From positions 1,556-65,555 of the forward strand of contig JBAXIC010000001.1 of NCBI GenBank assembly GCA_037138575.1: a stretch of DNA of 64,000 bases, given 5' to 3'. Position 1 is the first letter of the stretch, and each line of letters opens with the position of its first letter. Shown in pieces: positions 10,360 to 20,292 of the stretch. The notes under the pieces are model-generated. The model did not search any database. It was not told the origin of the DNA and saw only the letters and a list, made by a program, of their open reading frames with translations. The position numbers and the translations under genes are program-made. Source of the stretch: Actinomycetes bacterium (lineage in GTDB: Bacteria; Actinomycetota; Actinomycetes; Nanopelagicales; Nanopelagicaceae).

Positions 10360-10719
10360 TTAAGCTGATACGAGGCTCTTGCGAGCAACATCAACAAGTG
10401 TCTTAAATGTTGCAGGATCATTTGTTGCTAGCTCTGAAAGAACACGACGATCAACTTCTACTCCAGCAGCCTTTAGGCCTTGGATGAAACGGTTGTAAGT
10501 AAGGCCGTGTTCGCGGCATCCAGCGTTAATGCGCTGAATCCATAGACGACGGAAGTCGCCTTTCTTATCTTTACGGTCATTGAAGGCATAAACCATTGAG
10601 TGCGTAACTTGTTCCTTCGCCTTTGTGAAAAGACGGGAACGTTGCCCGCGATAACCGCTGGCGCGTTCTAATGTTGTGCGACGCTTTTTAGCGGCGTGAA
10701 CTCCACGTTTTACTCTCAT
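10360..10719 (-). CDS. rplT: 50S ribosomal protein L20
   Basis: RVKRG, GYRGQRS and [11 protein letters not shown] motifs. Confidence 0.99.
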   Translation of the reverse strand: MRVKRGVHAAKKRRTTLERASGYRGQRSRLFTKAKEQVTHSMVYAFNDRKDKKGDFRRLWIQRINAGCREHGLTYNRFIQGLKAAGVEVDRRVLSELATNDPATFKTLVDVARKSLVSA

Positions 10720-10733
10720 TTAATTCACGTTCC

Positions 10734-10931
10734 TTACTTCAAGCCAAGCATGCGCTTGGCTGTCATAGTTACGGTTGGCTTTGCTGACTTCTCAGTTGAG
10801 AGACGGCGGGTTACTCGTGAAGATTTGTGCTCGAGTAAGTGGCGCTTTCCAGCACGCTCGTGCATAACCTTTCCAGTACCTGTGATGCGGAAAGTCTTCT
10901 TCGCACCACTATGTGTTTTCATCTTTGGCAT
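10734..10931 (-). CDS. rpmI: 50S ribosomal protein L35
   Basis: [17 protein letters not shown]; located between infC and rplT. Confidence 0.98.
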   Translation of the reverse strand: MPKMKTHSGAKKTFRITGTGKVMHERAGKRHLLEHKSSRVTRRLSTEKSAKPTVTMTAKRMLGLK

Positions 10932-10934
10932 TTC

Positions 10935-11525
10935 TTACGCTCCATCCGTTGTCTCTGCTGCGGCATCGGCCTTTGCCTTACGCGCTGCTTTTGCTTCAGC
11001 TACTGCTTCTGTCTTCTTCTTTGTTGGACCTAACACCATTGTCATATTTCGTCCCTCTTGTTTAGGGGCGAACTCAACAAAGGCAAACTCTTTTACATCT
11101 TCTGCAAGACGTTGCAAGAGTTTGTAGCCCATCTCAGGTCGCGTTTGTTCGCGGCCGCGGAACTTCATCGTCACCTTCACCTTGTCGCCACCCTTGAGAA
11201 ATTTCTCAACCTGACTGCGTTTAGTTTCGTAGTCATGAGTTTCGATCTTTGGTGTTAACCGCACTTCCTTCACCACAATGTGGGTCTGGTTTTGCCGGGC
11301 TTCCCGAGCCTTCTGTGCAACTTCGTACTTATATTTTCCGAAGTCCATGATCTTGCAAACGGGTGGATTAGCATCTGGTGCGATTTCGACTAAGTCGAGA
11401 CCTACTTCATCTGCCATCTTGAGCGCGGTATCGATATCTACAACTCCAACTTGTTCACCGGTATAGCCGATCAAACGAATTTCGGGTGTGCGGATACGAT
11501 CATTGATGCGCGGGTCAGTTGTGAT
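10935..11525 (-). CDS. infC: Translation initiation factor IF-3 (probable ATC start)
   Basis: [29 protein letters not shown] motifs. SD GAAGGAG lies 5 nt before an in-frame ATC at 11525; the ORF-track extension to 11573 does not look like IF-3. Confidence 0.95.
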   Translation of the reverse strand: MTTDPRINDRIRTPEIRLIGYTGEQVGVVDIDTALKMADEVGLDLVEIAPDANPPVCKIMDFGKYKYEVAQKAREARQNQTHIVVKEVRLTPKIETHDYETKRSQVEKFLKGGDKVKVTMKFRGREQTRPEMGYKLLQRLAEDVKEFAFVEFAPKQEGRNMTMVLGPTKKKTEAVAEAKAARKAKADAAAETTDGA

Positions 11526-11689
11526 TTGTGCTCCTTCGGTTTTGTTTAACGCTTTGTACTTACAGCGCTGCAAAAGAAAACCGCAAGGAAAGAGAAATGA
11601 ATCTCTTATCCGACAAACCAGCTCGCACTAGTGGCGATGAAGGTGGGAGCGGTAACTCCTCTTGCAGTGGTTGTAAGGCCACTGGTCTG
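11526..11689 (-). ncRNA. L20-leader-like cis-regulatory 5' UTR of infC-rpmI-rplT
   Basis: -10 TAATCT at 11696-11701; hairpin CAGTGG/CCACTG followed by AAGAGGAGTTACCGCTCCCACCT, resembling the L20 leader core (AAG..AGAAG-CACCCG-CTTCT-CACCT, recalled from memory). Confidence 0.65.
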
Positions 11690-11733
11690 GGGTGAAGATT
11701 ACCCGCTATGGGCGAAAAGGTGAAATTGAGGCT

Positions 11734-12504
11734 TTAAGCACCCATGGCATGTACGCCACCGTCGACATGAATGATCTCGGCCGTGGTCTTTGGAAACCAG
11801 TCAGATAAAAGCGCTACACAGGCTTGGGCTGCAGGAACCGGGTCGTTAACATCCCAAGCAAGGGCTGCCCGTTCATTCCATACATGTTCAAACTCTTCAA
11901 ATCCTGGAATCGATTTTGCCGCAATCGTTCGAATCGGACCTGCTGCAACTAAGTTAATGCGAATATTTTCAACTCCCAGATCTCGCGCTAAATAGCGAGA
12001 AGTTGCTTCAAGAGCGGCCTTGGCAACACCCATCCAGTCATATTTTGGCCAAGCAACCGATGCATCAAAATCGAGACCGACAACTGAACCGCCGCCATTA
12101 AATAAAGGACGTGCAGCCATCGTTAGCGCTTTTAAGGAATATGCAGAGACGTGCATTGCGGTAGAAACATCTTCCCACGCAGTGTTAAGAAAATTACCTC
12201 CAAGTGCTGCCTCTGGGGCAAAACCAATTGAATGAACTACTCCATCTAGCCCATCTGGAAAATGTGCGCGCACTCGTGATTCAAGGGCCTCAAGGTCGGC
12301 TGCATTTGTTACATCGAGTTCGATGATTGGTGCAGGTTGTGGCAAACGGGCAGCGATTCGAGTTGTTAATGAAAGAGCGCGACCAAAAGAGGAGAGAACC
12401 ACTTGGGCGCCCTGTTCCTGTGCAAGGCGTGCGATATGAAAAGCAATTGAACCATCGGTTAAGACTCCGGTAACCAGAATCTTTTTCCCATCAAGTAGAC
12501 CCAT
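11734..12504 (-). CDS. fabI: Enoyl-ACP reductase (FabI/InhA type)
   Basis: GKKILVTGV..SIAF, LDGVVHSIGFAP and YDWMGVAKAALE motifs. Confidence 0.96.
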   Translation of the reverse strand: MGLLDGKKILVTGVLTDGSIAFHIARLAQEQGAQVVLSSFGRALSLTTRIAARLPQPAPIIELDVTNAADLEALESRVRAHFPDGLDGVVHSIGFAPEAALGGNFLNTAWEDVSTAMHVSAYSLKALTMAARPLFNGGGSVVGLDFDASVAWPKYDWMGVAKAALEATSRYLARDLGVENIRINLVAAGPIRTIAAKSIPGFEEFEHVWNERAALAWDVNDPVPAAQACVALLSDWFPKTTAEIIHVDGGVHAMGA

Positions 12505-12505
12505 C

Positions 12506-13210
12506 TCAGTGACCCATTCCTAATCCGCCATCAACTGGAATAAGTGCCCCAGAGATATAGCTTGCTTGTGGTGATGCTATAAAACTTACAACATCTGCGA
12601 TTTCTTCAGCTGTGCAAAAACGTCCCAATGGAATAGAACCTGCGATTTCATTACGCCGTTTTTCATCCAAATTTGATGTCATATCAGTTTCGACAAAGCC
12701 TGGGGCAATTACATTTGCAGTAATTCCTCGGCTTCCAATTTCGCGGGCAAAGGAGCGAGCCATTCCGACAAGGCCAGATTTTGAGGAAGAGTAGTTAACC
12801 TGTCCAGCAGAGCCAAGGGCCCCTACAACTGATCCTACAAAAATCAACCGTCCTTTTTTTAACTTTAGTAAACCTTTAGTTGCACGGCGTGCGACACGAA
12901 ATGCACCGGTGAGGTTGGCATCGATAACTGATTCAAAGTCCTCATCGCTCATTCGCATCACTAAGCCGTCTTTTGTGATGCCCGCGTTTGCGACGATAAT
13001 TTCAGGAATCCCCCACTGCTCTTCAATTACTGTGAAGGCTCTATCAACGCTTTCAGTATTAGTTACATCCATCACTACAGTTTTAAAACCAGTCGGGGCT
13101 GGACCGCTTCTATAAGTCACGACAACATCATGACCTGCCTTTGCCAATGAATGTGCGATTGCCAAACCGATTCCACGATTGCCACCTGTGACTAGGGCCA
13201 GAGAACTCAT
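12506..13210 (-). CDS. fabG: 3-oxoacyl-ACP reductase (FabG/MabA type)
   Basis: SDR motifs TGGNRGIG, NAGITKD, YSSSK; upstream of fabI. ATG at 13210 preferred because a TAAGTT -10 lies 6 nt upstream. Confidence 0.95.
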   Translation of the reverse strand: MSSLALVTGGNRGIGLAIAHSLAKAGHDVVVTYRSGPAPTGFKTVVMDVTNTESVDRAFTVIEEQWGIPEIIVANAGITKDGLVMRMSDEDFESVIDANLTGAFRVARRATKGLLKLKKGRLIFVGSVVGALGSAGQVNYSSSKSGLVGMARSFAREIGSRGITANVIAPGFVETDMTSNLDEKRRNEIAGSIPLGRFCTAEEIADVVSFIASPQASYISGALIPVDGGLGMGH

Positions 13211-13282
13211 GGCCAAAACTTACTGGTTACCGCGAGGTATTCAAAAGAAGCGCTTCAGTGCGCCGAGCACTACTCTTTATCT

Positions 13283-13555
13283 ATGGCTAAAGAAAAGAAA
13301 GTTTATGACATCACCAATGCTCCTTTAGCCTTAACGCGCGATCAAGCAGGACGCCAAAAGCGATATTTCATTTCTATGATGATTCGTACAGCCTGTTTCA
13401 TTTTGACTGTTTTGTTGCCAAGCCCTTTTAGGTGGATCGCCTTGGCTGGAGCAGCGGGATTACCTTATTTTGCTGTGGTAATTGCAAATGCTGGTAGAGA
13501 AACCATGTCAAATAGCAGTCAAATTATCGAAGAGAAACCTTTTTCACTCGAATAA
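13283..13555 (+). CDS. DUF3099-family small membrane protein
   Basis: RQKRYFISMMIRTACF...LPYFAVVIANAG pattern; conserved position next to fabG in Actinobacteria. Confidence 0.85.
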   Translation: MAKEKKVYDITNAPLALTRDQAGRQKRYFISMMIRTACFILTVLLPSPFRWIALAGAAGLPYFAVVIANAGRETMSNSSQIIEEKPFSLE

Positions 13556-13557
13556 TT

Positions 13558-14253
13558 ATGAGCAAAGTTCGGGAACCATATGCGTTTTTCAAAACTCTCG
13601 TAGCACTAGCGTTAATTCTTCTTTGCCTAGTTGCAGCGCAATGGCAGTATCACCGAGGCGTGGATAGACATGCGCGCAATAGCATGATTCAAAATCACAT
13701 TTCACTTCCGGCTGTCACGCTAGATTCGGTGAAGAACACCCCACTTGCATTTGAATGGCAAACCGTGACAAGCAAGGGCGAATTTAATCCAACCGAACAA
13801 ATACTGCTTCGTAATCGTTACAACGATGGTGTTTATGGATTCGAAGTTCTGACTCTTTTTACAACATCAAAAAATGAAAAATTCTGGGTTGATCGTGGCT
13901 GGGTTAAAGCCGGAGCCACTGCCACAACAGCTCCAACAATTACTTCGCCACCGGTAAGCACCGTATCGATTACTGGTCGTCTGCGTTTAGACACGTCTCT
14001 TCCCCGCGGTTCATTCTTTGCTCTTCCAACTAATGGAAAAGGATTAATCTCTAAGTTGAATGCTCAATCCCAATTGCAGACGGAGAATTACTACATCGAT
14101 CTATTACGCGGTTCAGAGAGTTCCCTTACTCCAACCGTAACTGCGCAATTACCAGAGTGGAGCGATGGCCCACACATGGCATATGCGTTGCAATGGCTCT
14201 TTTTTGCAGGGCTTGTTGTTTATGGACGAATCTTAATTCGCCGCACCCGTTAA
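13558..14253 (+). CDS. SURF1-family cytochrome oxidase biogenesis protein
   Basis: WQYHR, WVDRGWV and GPHMAYALQWLFF motifs with terminal TM helices. Confidence 0.93.
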   Translation: MSKVREPYAFFKTLVALALILLCLVAAQWQYHRGVDRHARNSMIQNHISLPAVTLDSVKNTPLAFEWQTVTSKGEFNPTEQILLRNRYNDGVYGFEVLTLFTTSKNEKFWVDRGWVKAGATATTAPTITSPPVSTVSITGRLRLDTSLPRGSFFALPTNGKGLISKLNAQSQLQTENYYIDLLRGSESSLTPTVTAQLPEWSDGPHMAYALQWLFFAGLVVYGRILIRRTR

Positions 14254-16104
14254 ATCCTGACGGTTATATAGATCTGCATATAAACCTGAACGTGCAACAA
14301 GTTCATCATGGGTGCCTCGTTCAACAATCTCGCCTTTTTCAAGAACAAGAATCTGATCGGCATCTCTGACTGTACTAAGGCGATGAGCTATGACAATGCT
14401 TGTTCTGCCCTGCAATGCACTTTGCAGCGCTGCTTGTACCAATGCTTCATTCTCTGAATCTAGATGCGCTGTTGCTTCATCAAGAATCACAACTGATGGT
14501 GATTTTAGAAGTAAGCGAGCGATAGCCAAACGTTGTTTTTCTCCGCCAGACAATCTATGTCCACGCTCTCCTACCATCGTGTCTAATCCATTAGGTAAAG
14601 ACTCAATGAGTTTCCATATCTGCGCTGATTCACATGCCGCACGCATCTCATCCTCAGTGGCATCGATTTTTGCATAACGTAGATTTTCACCGATAGTCTC
14701 GTGAAATAAATGAGCATCTTGCATGACTACGCCTATCGCGCCACGTAAAGATTCAAGAGTTAAATCCCGAATATCGTGGCCATCAATCTCTATCGAACCT
14801 GAGGTAACGTCATACAAGCGTGGCAGAAGCGCACTAATAGTTGTCTTACCCGCACCTGAAGGACCCACCAATGCGGTAAGCGTTCCGGCTTTTGCTGTGA
14901 ATGAAAGCTCATGCAGAATTTCACCGCTTTGAATCGTTTCGGGTTTTGCCGCTGATTCAAGGGATGCGAGAGAAATTTCCTCGGCACGAGGATAAGAAAA
15001 ACTTACATTTTTAAATTCAATTGTGGGATGAGATGACTTTAGCTCAATGGAATCAGGGTGATTTTTCACCATCGGCTCTAGGTCTAGAACTTCAAAAACT
15101 CGTTCAAATGAAACCAATGAAGTCATAACATCAATTCGAACATTTGAAAGCGCAGTTAATGGACCATACAGTCGCGCTAATAACGCTGTGATAGCAAGCA
15201 GCGTTCCAACCGTGACTCCCCCGCTAATAGCTAAATGTCCACCGATTCCATAAGCAAAGGCTGTAGCAATTGCGGCCACGCTAGTAAGTGCAATGAAGAA
15301 AAGCCGATTAAGCATTGCCATTTTAATTCCAATATCAGCAACTTTGCGTGCCCTTGACCTGAAGTATTCGCGCTCTCGTGCTGGTTGGCCGTAGAGAGCA
15401 ACGAGCATCGCTCCGGATACGTTGAATCGCTCAGTCATGGTGCTAGACATCTCTGCGTTGGTATTAAAAGAGTCACGCGTCAGTGCCTGAAGTTTGCGGC
15501 CAACCCATTTTGTTGGGATCAAAAAAGCTGGAAGCAAGAGCAACGAGAAAATTGTTATCTGCCACGAGAGAATTAACATCGTCGCACCTACTAAAACAAG
15601 ACTTACAACATTGCTAACAAGACCGGAAAGGGTTGCGGTAAATGCCTGTTGTGCTCCCATGACGTCGGAATTGATTCGAGAAATGAGTGCGCCGGTTTGA
15701 GTACGTGTGAAGAATGCAATTGATTGCTTTTGTACATGGGCAAAAACTAGTGAACGCAGGTCGTAAATTAACCCTTCACCAATTCGTGATGAGTAATAGC
15801 GTCCCAACAAACTCATTGCAGCATCGGCGATAGCTAACAGCCCAACAAAGATTGCTAGACGGGTGACAAGCGCACCATCTTTAGGTATAACACCCTTATC
15901 AATGAGCTGACGAAGCAATAATGGAGTTGCAACTATAAGTGCGGCGTCAATAACGACTGTAAATAAAAAAATCCAAATGCTGAAGGAATAAGGCTTTGCA
16001 AAAGCAAAAATTCGCTTAACGGTACCGGGCTTCAATTTCTGAGCCTTTACAGATGGATCTGCCGTCATTGAGCGATGAGTCATCCAGGCTGCATGTTGTG
16101 ACAT
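14233..16104 (-). CDS. ABC transporter, fused permease/ATPase (exporter type)
   Basis: N-terminal TM domain, Walker A GPSGAGKT, LSGGEKQR, LDEATAHLD, IAHRLST. Confidence 0.95.
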   Translation of the reverse strand: MSQHAAWMTHRSMTADPSVKAQKLKPGTVKRIFAFAKPYSFSIWIFLFTVVIDAALIVATPLLLRQLIDKGVIPKDGALVTRLAIFVGLLAIADAAMSLLGRYYSSRIGEGLIYDLRSLVFAHVQKQSIAFFTRTQTGALISRINSDVMGAQQAFTATLSGLVSNVVSLVLVGATMLILSWQITIFSLLLLPAFLIPTKWVGRKLQALTRDSFNTNAEMSSTMTERFNVSGAMLVALYGQPAREREYFRSRARKVADIGIKMAMLNRLFFIALTSVAAIATAFAYGIGGHLAISGGVTVGTLLAITALLARLYGPLTALSNVRIDVMTSLVSFERVFEVLDLEPMVKNHPDSIELKSSHPTIEFKNVSFSYPRAEEISLASLESAAKPETIQSGEILHELSFTAKAGTLTALVGPSGAGKTTISALLPRLYDVTSGSIEIDGHDIRDLTLESLRGAIGVVMQDAHLFHETIGENLRYAKIDATEDEMRAACESAQIWKLIESLPNGLDTMVGERGHRLSGGEKQRLAIARLLLKSPSVVILDEATAHLDSENEALVQAALQSALQGRTSIVIAHRLSTVRDADQILVLEKGEIVERGTHDELVARSGLYADLYNRQDLTGAAN

Positions 16105-16128
16105 ACGACTACCTTATTGAGTAAATGC

Positions 16129-16440
16129 TCAGACAGTGAATCCGAGGGCCCTCAACTGTTCGCGGCCGTCGTCAGATATTTTATCGGGACCCCAAGGTGG
16201 CATCCATACCCAGTTTATTTTTACATCACTGGTCATGCCAGCTAACGCTGAACGAGTTTGATCTTCAATTACATCTTGTAGTGGGCAGGCCGCCGAAGTC
16301 AGTGTCATGTTTAGGATTGCGATATTTGCTTCATCCACCATGACGTCGTAAATAAGACCTAGATCAACGACGTTGATACCTAGTTCAGGGTCGACGACAT
16401 CTTTCATCGCCTCGGTTACATCATCAACGCTAGTGGTCAT
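16129..16440 (-). CDS. sufT: Fe-S cluster assembly factor, SufT/DUF59 family
   Basis: VVDPELGINVVDLGL, MTLTSAACP and WMPPWGP motifs. Confidence 0.92.
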   Translation of the reverse strand: MTTSVDDVTEAMKDVVDPELGINVVDLGLIYDVMVDEANIAILNMTLTSAACPLQDVIEDQTRSALAGMTSDVKINWVWMPPWGPDKISDDGREQLRALGFTV

Positions 16441-16880
16441 TTTCTCTCTCCCTGTGACTGAATTGCTGCATCTTTAAAGGCCATCCATCCAAGCAGAGCA
16501 CATTTTACTCGACTTGGAAACTTTGATACACCGGCAAATGCAACAGCATCTTCAAGAATTTCGGGATCCCCGCTAGATGTGCCTTTGCTTGCCATTAAAT
16601 CAGAAAACGAATTTACGATTGCATCAGCTTCTTCTAGGTTCTTATCTATTAATAGATCACTGAGCATTGAAACGCTTGCTTGCGAAATTGAACAACCCTG
16701 ACCATCCCAAGTGAGCGAAGTGATTACATTACTTTCGATGGTGAGATTGAGGGTAATTTCATCACCACAACTTGTGTTCACATGGTGGACCTGAGCGGTG
16801 AAGTTAGAACTCAAACCTTTGTGTTGAGGATGTTTGTAATGATCCAAAATAACTTCCTGATACAACGAATCAAGTTCCAT
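16437..16880 (-). CDS. sufU: SUF system SufU (NifU-like) protein
   Basis: LYQEVILDHY, SCGDE, GCSISQAS and RVKCALLGW motifs. Confidence 0.96.
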   Translation of the reverse strand: MELDSLYQEVILDHYKHPQHKGLSSNFTAQVHHVNTSCGDEITLNLTIESNVITSLTWDGQGCSISQASVSMLSDLLIDKNLEEADAIVNSFSDLMASKGTSSGDPEILEDAVAFAGVSKFPSRVKCALLGWMAFKDAAIQSQGERK

Positions 16881-18130
16881 TAAAATCTCCCAAAGTATTT
16901 CTGTGCTCCAGCAACTGCTTCAACTAAGGCGTCCACATCGTTTTCATCATTGTAAAGATAGAACGATGCGCGCGTAGTTGCAGGGACATTCATGCACTTA
17001 GCTAATGGCCAAGCGCAGTGATGGCCAGTTCTGACTGCAACGCCCTGGCTATCTACAAACTGACCTACATCGTGAGGATGAATATCTTCGATGGTGAAGG
17101 CAATAGTTGCGCCTCTGGATACATTGTTTTGGGGGCCGATAATCTTGATTCCTGGTATCGCAAGCATTTTTTTGAGTGCGTAATCAGTTAATGAAATTTC
17201 ATGTTCGTGGATTGCATCCATACCGATTGCAGAAAGATAGTTAAAGGCCGCCCCTAAGCCAACTGCCTGGGCCATATTTGGTACTCCTGCTTCAAACTTT
17301 TGCGGAACTGGTGCCCATGTTGCATCGGTCATTGTCACACTAGAAACCATTGAACCGCCAGTTAAGAACGGTGGAAGTTGATCTAATAATTCAGCCCTAC
17401 CCCAAAGCACACCGACCCCAGTTGGCCCAACGGCTTTGTGCCCAGAAAAAGCTAGGAAATCAACGCCAAGAGCAACAACATCAACGTTCATATGGGGAAC
17501 TGATTGACATGCATCAAGAACGACTACGGCACCAACTTCATGTGCTCTCTTTACTATCGCTTCCAAGGGATTGATAGTTCCGAGAACATTTGATTGATGT
17601 GTTACTGCAACAACTTTAGTATTACTGGTGATGATCTGATCAATATTGGATAAATCTAACCGAGAATCTTCGGTGACTTTAAACCAGGAAAGTTGAGCCC
17701 CAGTGCGCTTTGCCAACTGTTGCCATGGAATTAGATTTGCGTGATGCTCCATCTCAGTCACAACAATTGAATCGGAGCTCGTCAAGGCAAAATGATTTCC
17801 AATTTCAGCATTTCCCATGGCGTAAGCAACAAGATTGAGTGACTCAGTAGCACTCTTTGTGAAGATGATTTCACTTTCACTTGCACCGATAAATTCGGCA
17901 ACGATTGCTCGGGCGCCTTCGTAGGCATCAGTAGCTTCCTCGGCTAATTGATGTGCCCCACGGTGAACTGCCGCGTTGTGCTTGCTATAGAAATCACTTT
18001 CTGCGTTGATAACGGCCCAAGGTTTCTGCGCCGTTGCTCCGCTGTCTAAATACACCAATCTTTTGCCGTCACGAACAGTACGCTCAAAGATTGGAAAATC
18101 TTTACGTACCTGCGCAACAGAAAAACTCAT
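16880..18130 (-). CDS. sufS: Cysteine desulfurase
   Basis: YLDSGATAQKP, MEHHANL, FSGHK and RTGHHCA motifs. Confidence 0.97.
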   Translation of the reverse strand: MSFSVAQVRKDFPIFERTVRDGKRLVYLDSGATAQKPWAVINAESDFYSKHNAAVHRGAHQLAEEATDAYEGARAIVAEFIGASESEIIFTKSATESLNLVAYAMGNAEIGNHFALTSSDSIVVTEMEHHANLIPWQQLAKRTGAQLSWFKVTEDSRLDLSNIDQIITSNTKVVAVTHQSNVLGTINPLEAIVKRAHEVGAVVVLDACQSVPHMNVDVVALGVDFLAFSGHKAVGPTGVGVLWGRAELLDQLPPFLTGGSMVSSVTMTDATWAPVPQKFEAGVPNMAQAVGLGAAFNYLSAIGMDAIHEHEISLTDYALKKMLAIPGIKIIGPQNNVSRGATIAFTIEDIHPHDVGQFVDSQGVAVRTGHHCAWPLAKCMNVPATTRASFYLYNDENDVDALVEAVAGAQKYFGRF

Positions 18131-18136
18131 GGGATA

Positions 18137-18889
18137 TTACTTGCTCACGTAATCTGCATATCCATTTGCCTCGAGCTTGTCGGCTAGATCTGGACCACCT
18201 TCTTCAACGATATGACCATTAGCAAAGACGTGAACGAAGTCAGGCTTAATATATTTGAGGATACGTGTGTAGTGAGTAATAAGAAGAACTCCCAAATCAT
18301 TATTAGCCTTTGCACGATTAACGCCTTCTGAAACAATTCGCAAAGCATCAACATCTAACCCTGAATCAGTTTCATCTAGAATCGCCATCTTTGGCTTGAG
18401 TAGTTCCAGCTGCATGATTTCGTGGCGCTTTTTCTCGCCCCCTGAAAAACCCTCATTTACGTTACGTGTTGCAAATGAAGCATCCATATTAAGAGCCTCC
18501 ATGGCGGCTTTGACTTCGCCTACCCACGTGCGAAGTTTTGGTGCTTCACCGCGAAGGGCCGTTGCTGCTGTACGCAAAAAATTTGATACTGATACTCCAG
18601 GTACTTCTACCGGATACTGCATGGCTAGAAAAAGACCGGCCTTCGCGCGCTCATCAACGCTCATAGCTAACACATCTGCACCATCTAGTGTTACTGATCC
18701 ACCAGTAATTGTGTACTTAGGGTGACCAGCAATTGAGTAGGCCAGAGTTGATTTACCAGAACCATTTGGGCCCATGATGGCATGTGTTTCGCCAGAGTTG
18801 ATTGTGAGGTCAACTCCTTTAAGAATTTCTACTGATCCATTCTCGGTATCAACTGAAACTTTTAGTCCGCGGATTTCTAGCGTGCTCAT
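18137..18889 (-). CDS. sufC: Fe-S assembly ATPase
   Basis: GPNGSGKST, GFSGGEKKR and LDETDSGLD motifs. Confidence 0.97.
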   Translation of the reverse strand: MSTLEIRGLKVSVDTENGSVEILKGVDLTINSGETHAIMGPNGSGKSTLAYSIAGHPKYTITGGSVTLDGADVLAMSVDERAKAGLFLAMQYPVEVPGVSVSNFLRTAATALRGEAPKLRTWVGEVKAAMEALNMDASFATRNVNEGFSGGEKKRHEIMQLELLKPKMAILDETDSGLDVDALRIVSEGVNRAKANNDLGVLLITHYTRILKYIKPDFVHVFANGHIVEEGGPDLADKLEANGYADYVSK

Positions 18890-18912
18890 AATCTCTCTTC
18901 TCTTCTCGTGTA

Positions 18913-19209
18913 CTAAATCTCAACCGTGACGGAATTTCCGTCAATCTTTACTGCATACGTTTCAAGTGCTTGTACTGCTGGCAAAGTCAAAGCCTGGCCC
19001 GTACGTAAATCAAACTCAGCGCCATGGAGCCAGCATTCAATTTTGAAATCTGTAATGTCACCTTCGGACAAAGAGGCATCCGAGTGCGAACACGTATCGT
19101 CGATGGCAAATACCTCATCACCAATCTTTGTTACGCAGATGCTTTTGCCATCTTTTTCAATGCGCATTGGCTTACCCGGAGTCAGCTGGTCCAGTGTTAG
19201 GTCAGACAA
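18913..19209 (-). CDS. Rieske-type [2Fe-2S] ferredoxin
   Basis: CSH...CWLH Rieske ligand motif; TTG start abuts the sufD stop. Confidence 0.92.
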   Translation of the reverse strand: MSDLTLDQLTPGKPMRIEKDGKSICVTKIGDEVFAIDDTCSHSDASLSEGDITDFKIECWLHGAEFDLRTGQALTLPAVQALETYAVKIDGNSVTVEI

Positions 19210-20292
19210 TTAAGCACCTGCCCTTTCGAGTTCGCCATCAATACGATTCATGAGTCGCTCTTGAACTTCTTCATTATGGATTTCAGAGATGATCTCGTTA
19301 AAGAAACCTCGAACAACTAGGCGTCGCGCATCTTCAATGGAGATTCCTCGTGACATTAGATAGAACAGTTGTTCGTCATCAAAGCGACCAGTAGTGCTTG
19401 CATGCCCTGCACCAACGATTTCACCTGTTTCGATTTCAAGATTGGGTACGGAATCTGCGCGTGCGCCATCAGTTAAAAGAAGATTTCGATTGAGCTCGTA
19501 AGTATCAGTTCCTTCGGCAACTGCACGAATTAATACATCGCCAATCCACACTGTGTGCGCATCTCTTCCAGCTAGCGCGCCTTTGTAATTGACTCGAGAT
19601 TTGGCATGAGGAACTGCATGATCTACGTGCATGCGGTGCTCGAAGAACTGCCCTGTCGTTGCAAAGTAAACGCCAAGTAATTCGGCAGATGCTCCAGGAG
19701 CCGTGAACTCAACTGTTGGCAGGATTCGGACAACGTCTCCCCCGACGGTAACTGTTACTGACTTGAAAGTTGCATCCTTGTCTACCACCGCATGATGGCG
19801 GGCGGTGTAAACACTTTTCGAATCAAACTCTTGCAGTGAAACAAAAGTTAAAGACGAACCCGGCGCTAATGCAATCTCACAATCTTCAGCCAAAATCGTA
19901 TCGCCGACATTTTCAACAATAACCGTAGCTTTTGCGTGAATACCTAACGAGATGCGAACACGAGAAAGCTCTGCTGAGTCAAGAGAGCCTGCCGTGCGCG
20001 TTAGAAAAATTGGATCCACAACTTCTACGTTGTTGGCAATTGATAGATGGGCAACGTCGACAGCGCCACCGCGCACTCGCTCAATAATCACATCTTCGCT
20101 AGTGCCAAGAGGCTCAAGTTCTTCACGAGTGAAAGTGACGCCGGAAGGCAGAGCGGCTTTGGCGACAAGAGAGTTGCGATCTGATACAACGCACGTTCCG
20201 TCGTGCAAACCACGAAGTCGTTTCAGCGGAGTGAATCGCCAAGCTTCTTCGCGCCCAGTCGGCGTTAAGTAATTAGTAGTTAAAACTGACAT
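19210..20292 (-). CDS. sufD: Fe-S assembly protein SufD
   Basis: EEAWRFTP, PNLEIETGEIVGAGHAS and [10 protein letters not shown] motifs. Confidence 0.96.
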   Translation of the reverse strand: MSVLTTNYLTPTGREEAWRFTPLKRLRGLHDGTCVVSDRNSLVAKAALPSGVTFTREELEPLGTSEDVIIERVRGGAVDVAHLSIANNVEVVDPIFLTRTAGSLDSAELSRVRISLGIHAKATVIVENVGDTILAEDCEIALAPGSSLTFVSLQEFDSKSVYTARHHAVVDKDATFKSVTVTVGGDVVRILPTVEFTAPGASAELLGVYFATTGQFFEHRMHVDHAVPHAKSRVNYKGALAGRDAHTVWIGDVLIRAVAEGTDTYELNRNLLLTDGARADSVPNLEIETGEIVGAGHASTTGRFDDEQLFYLMSRGISIEDARRLVVRGFFNEIISEIHNEEVQERLMNRIDGELERAGA

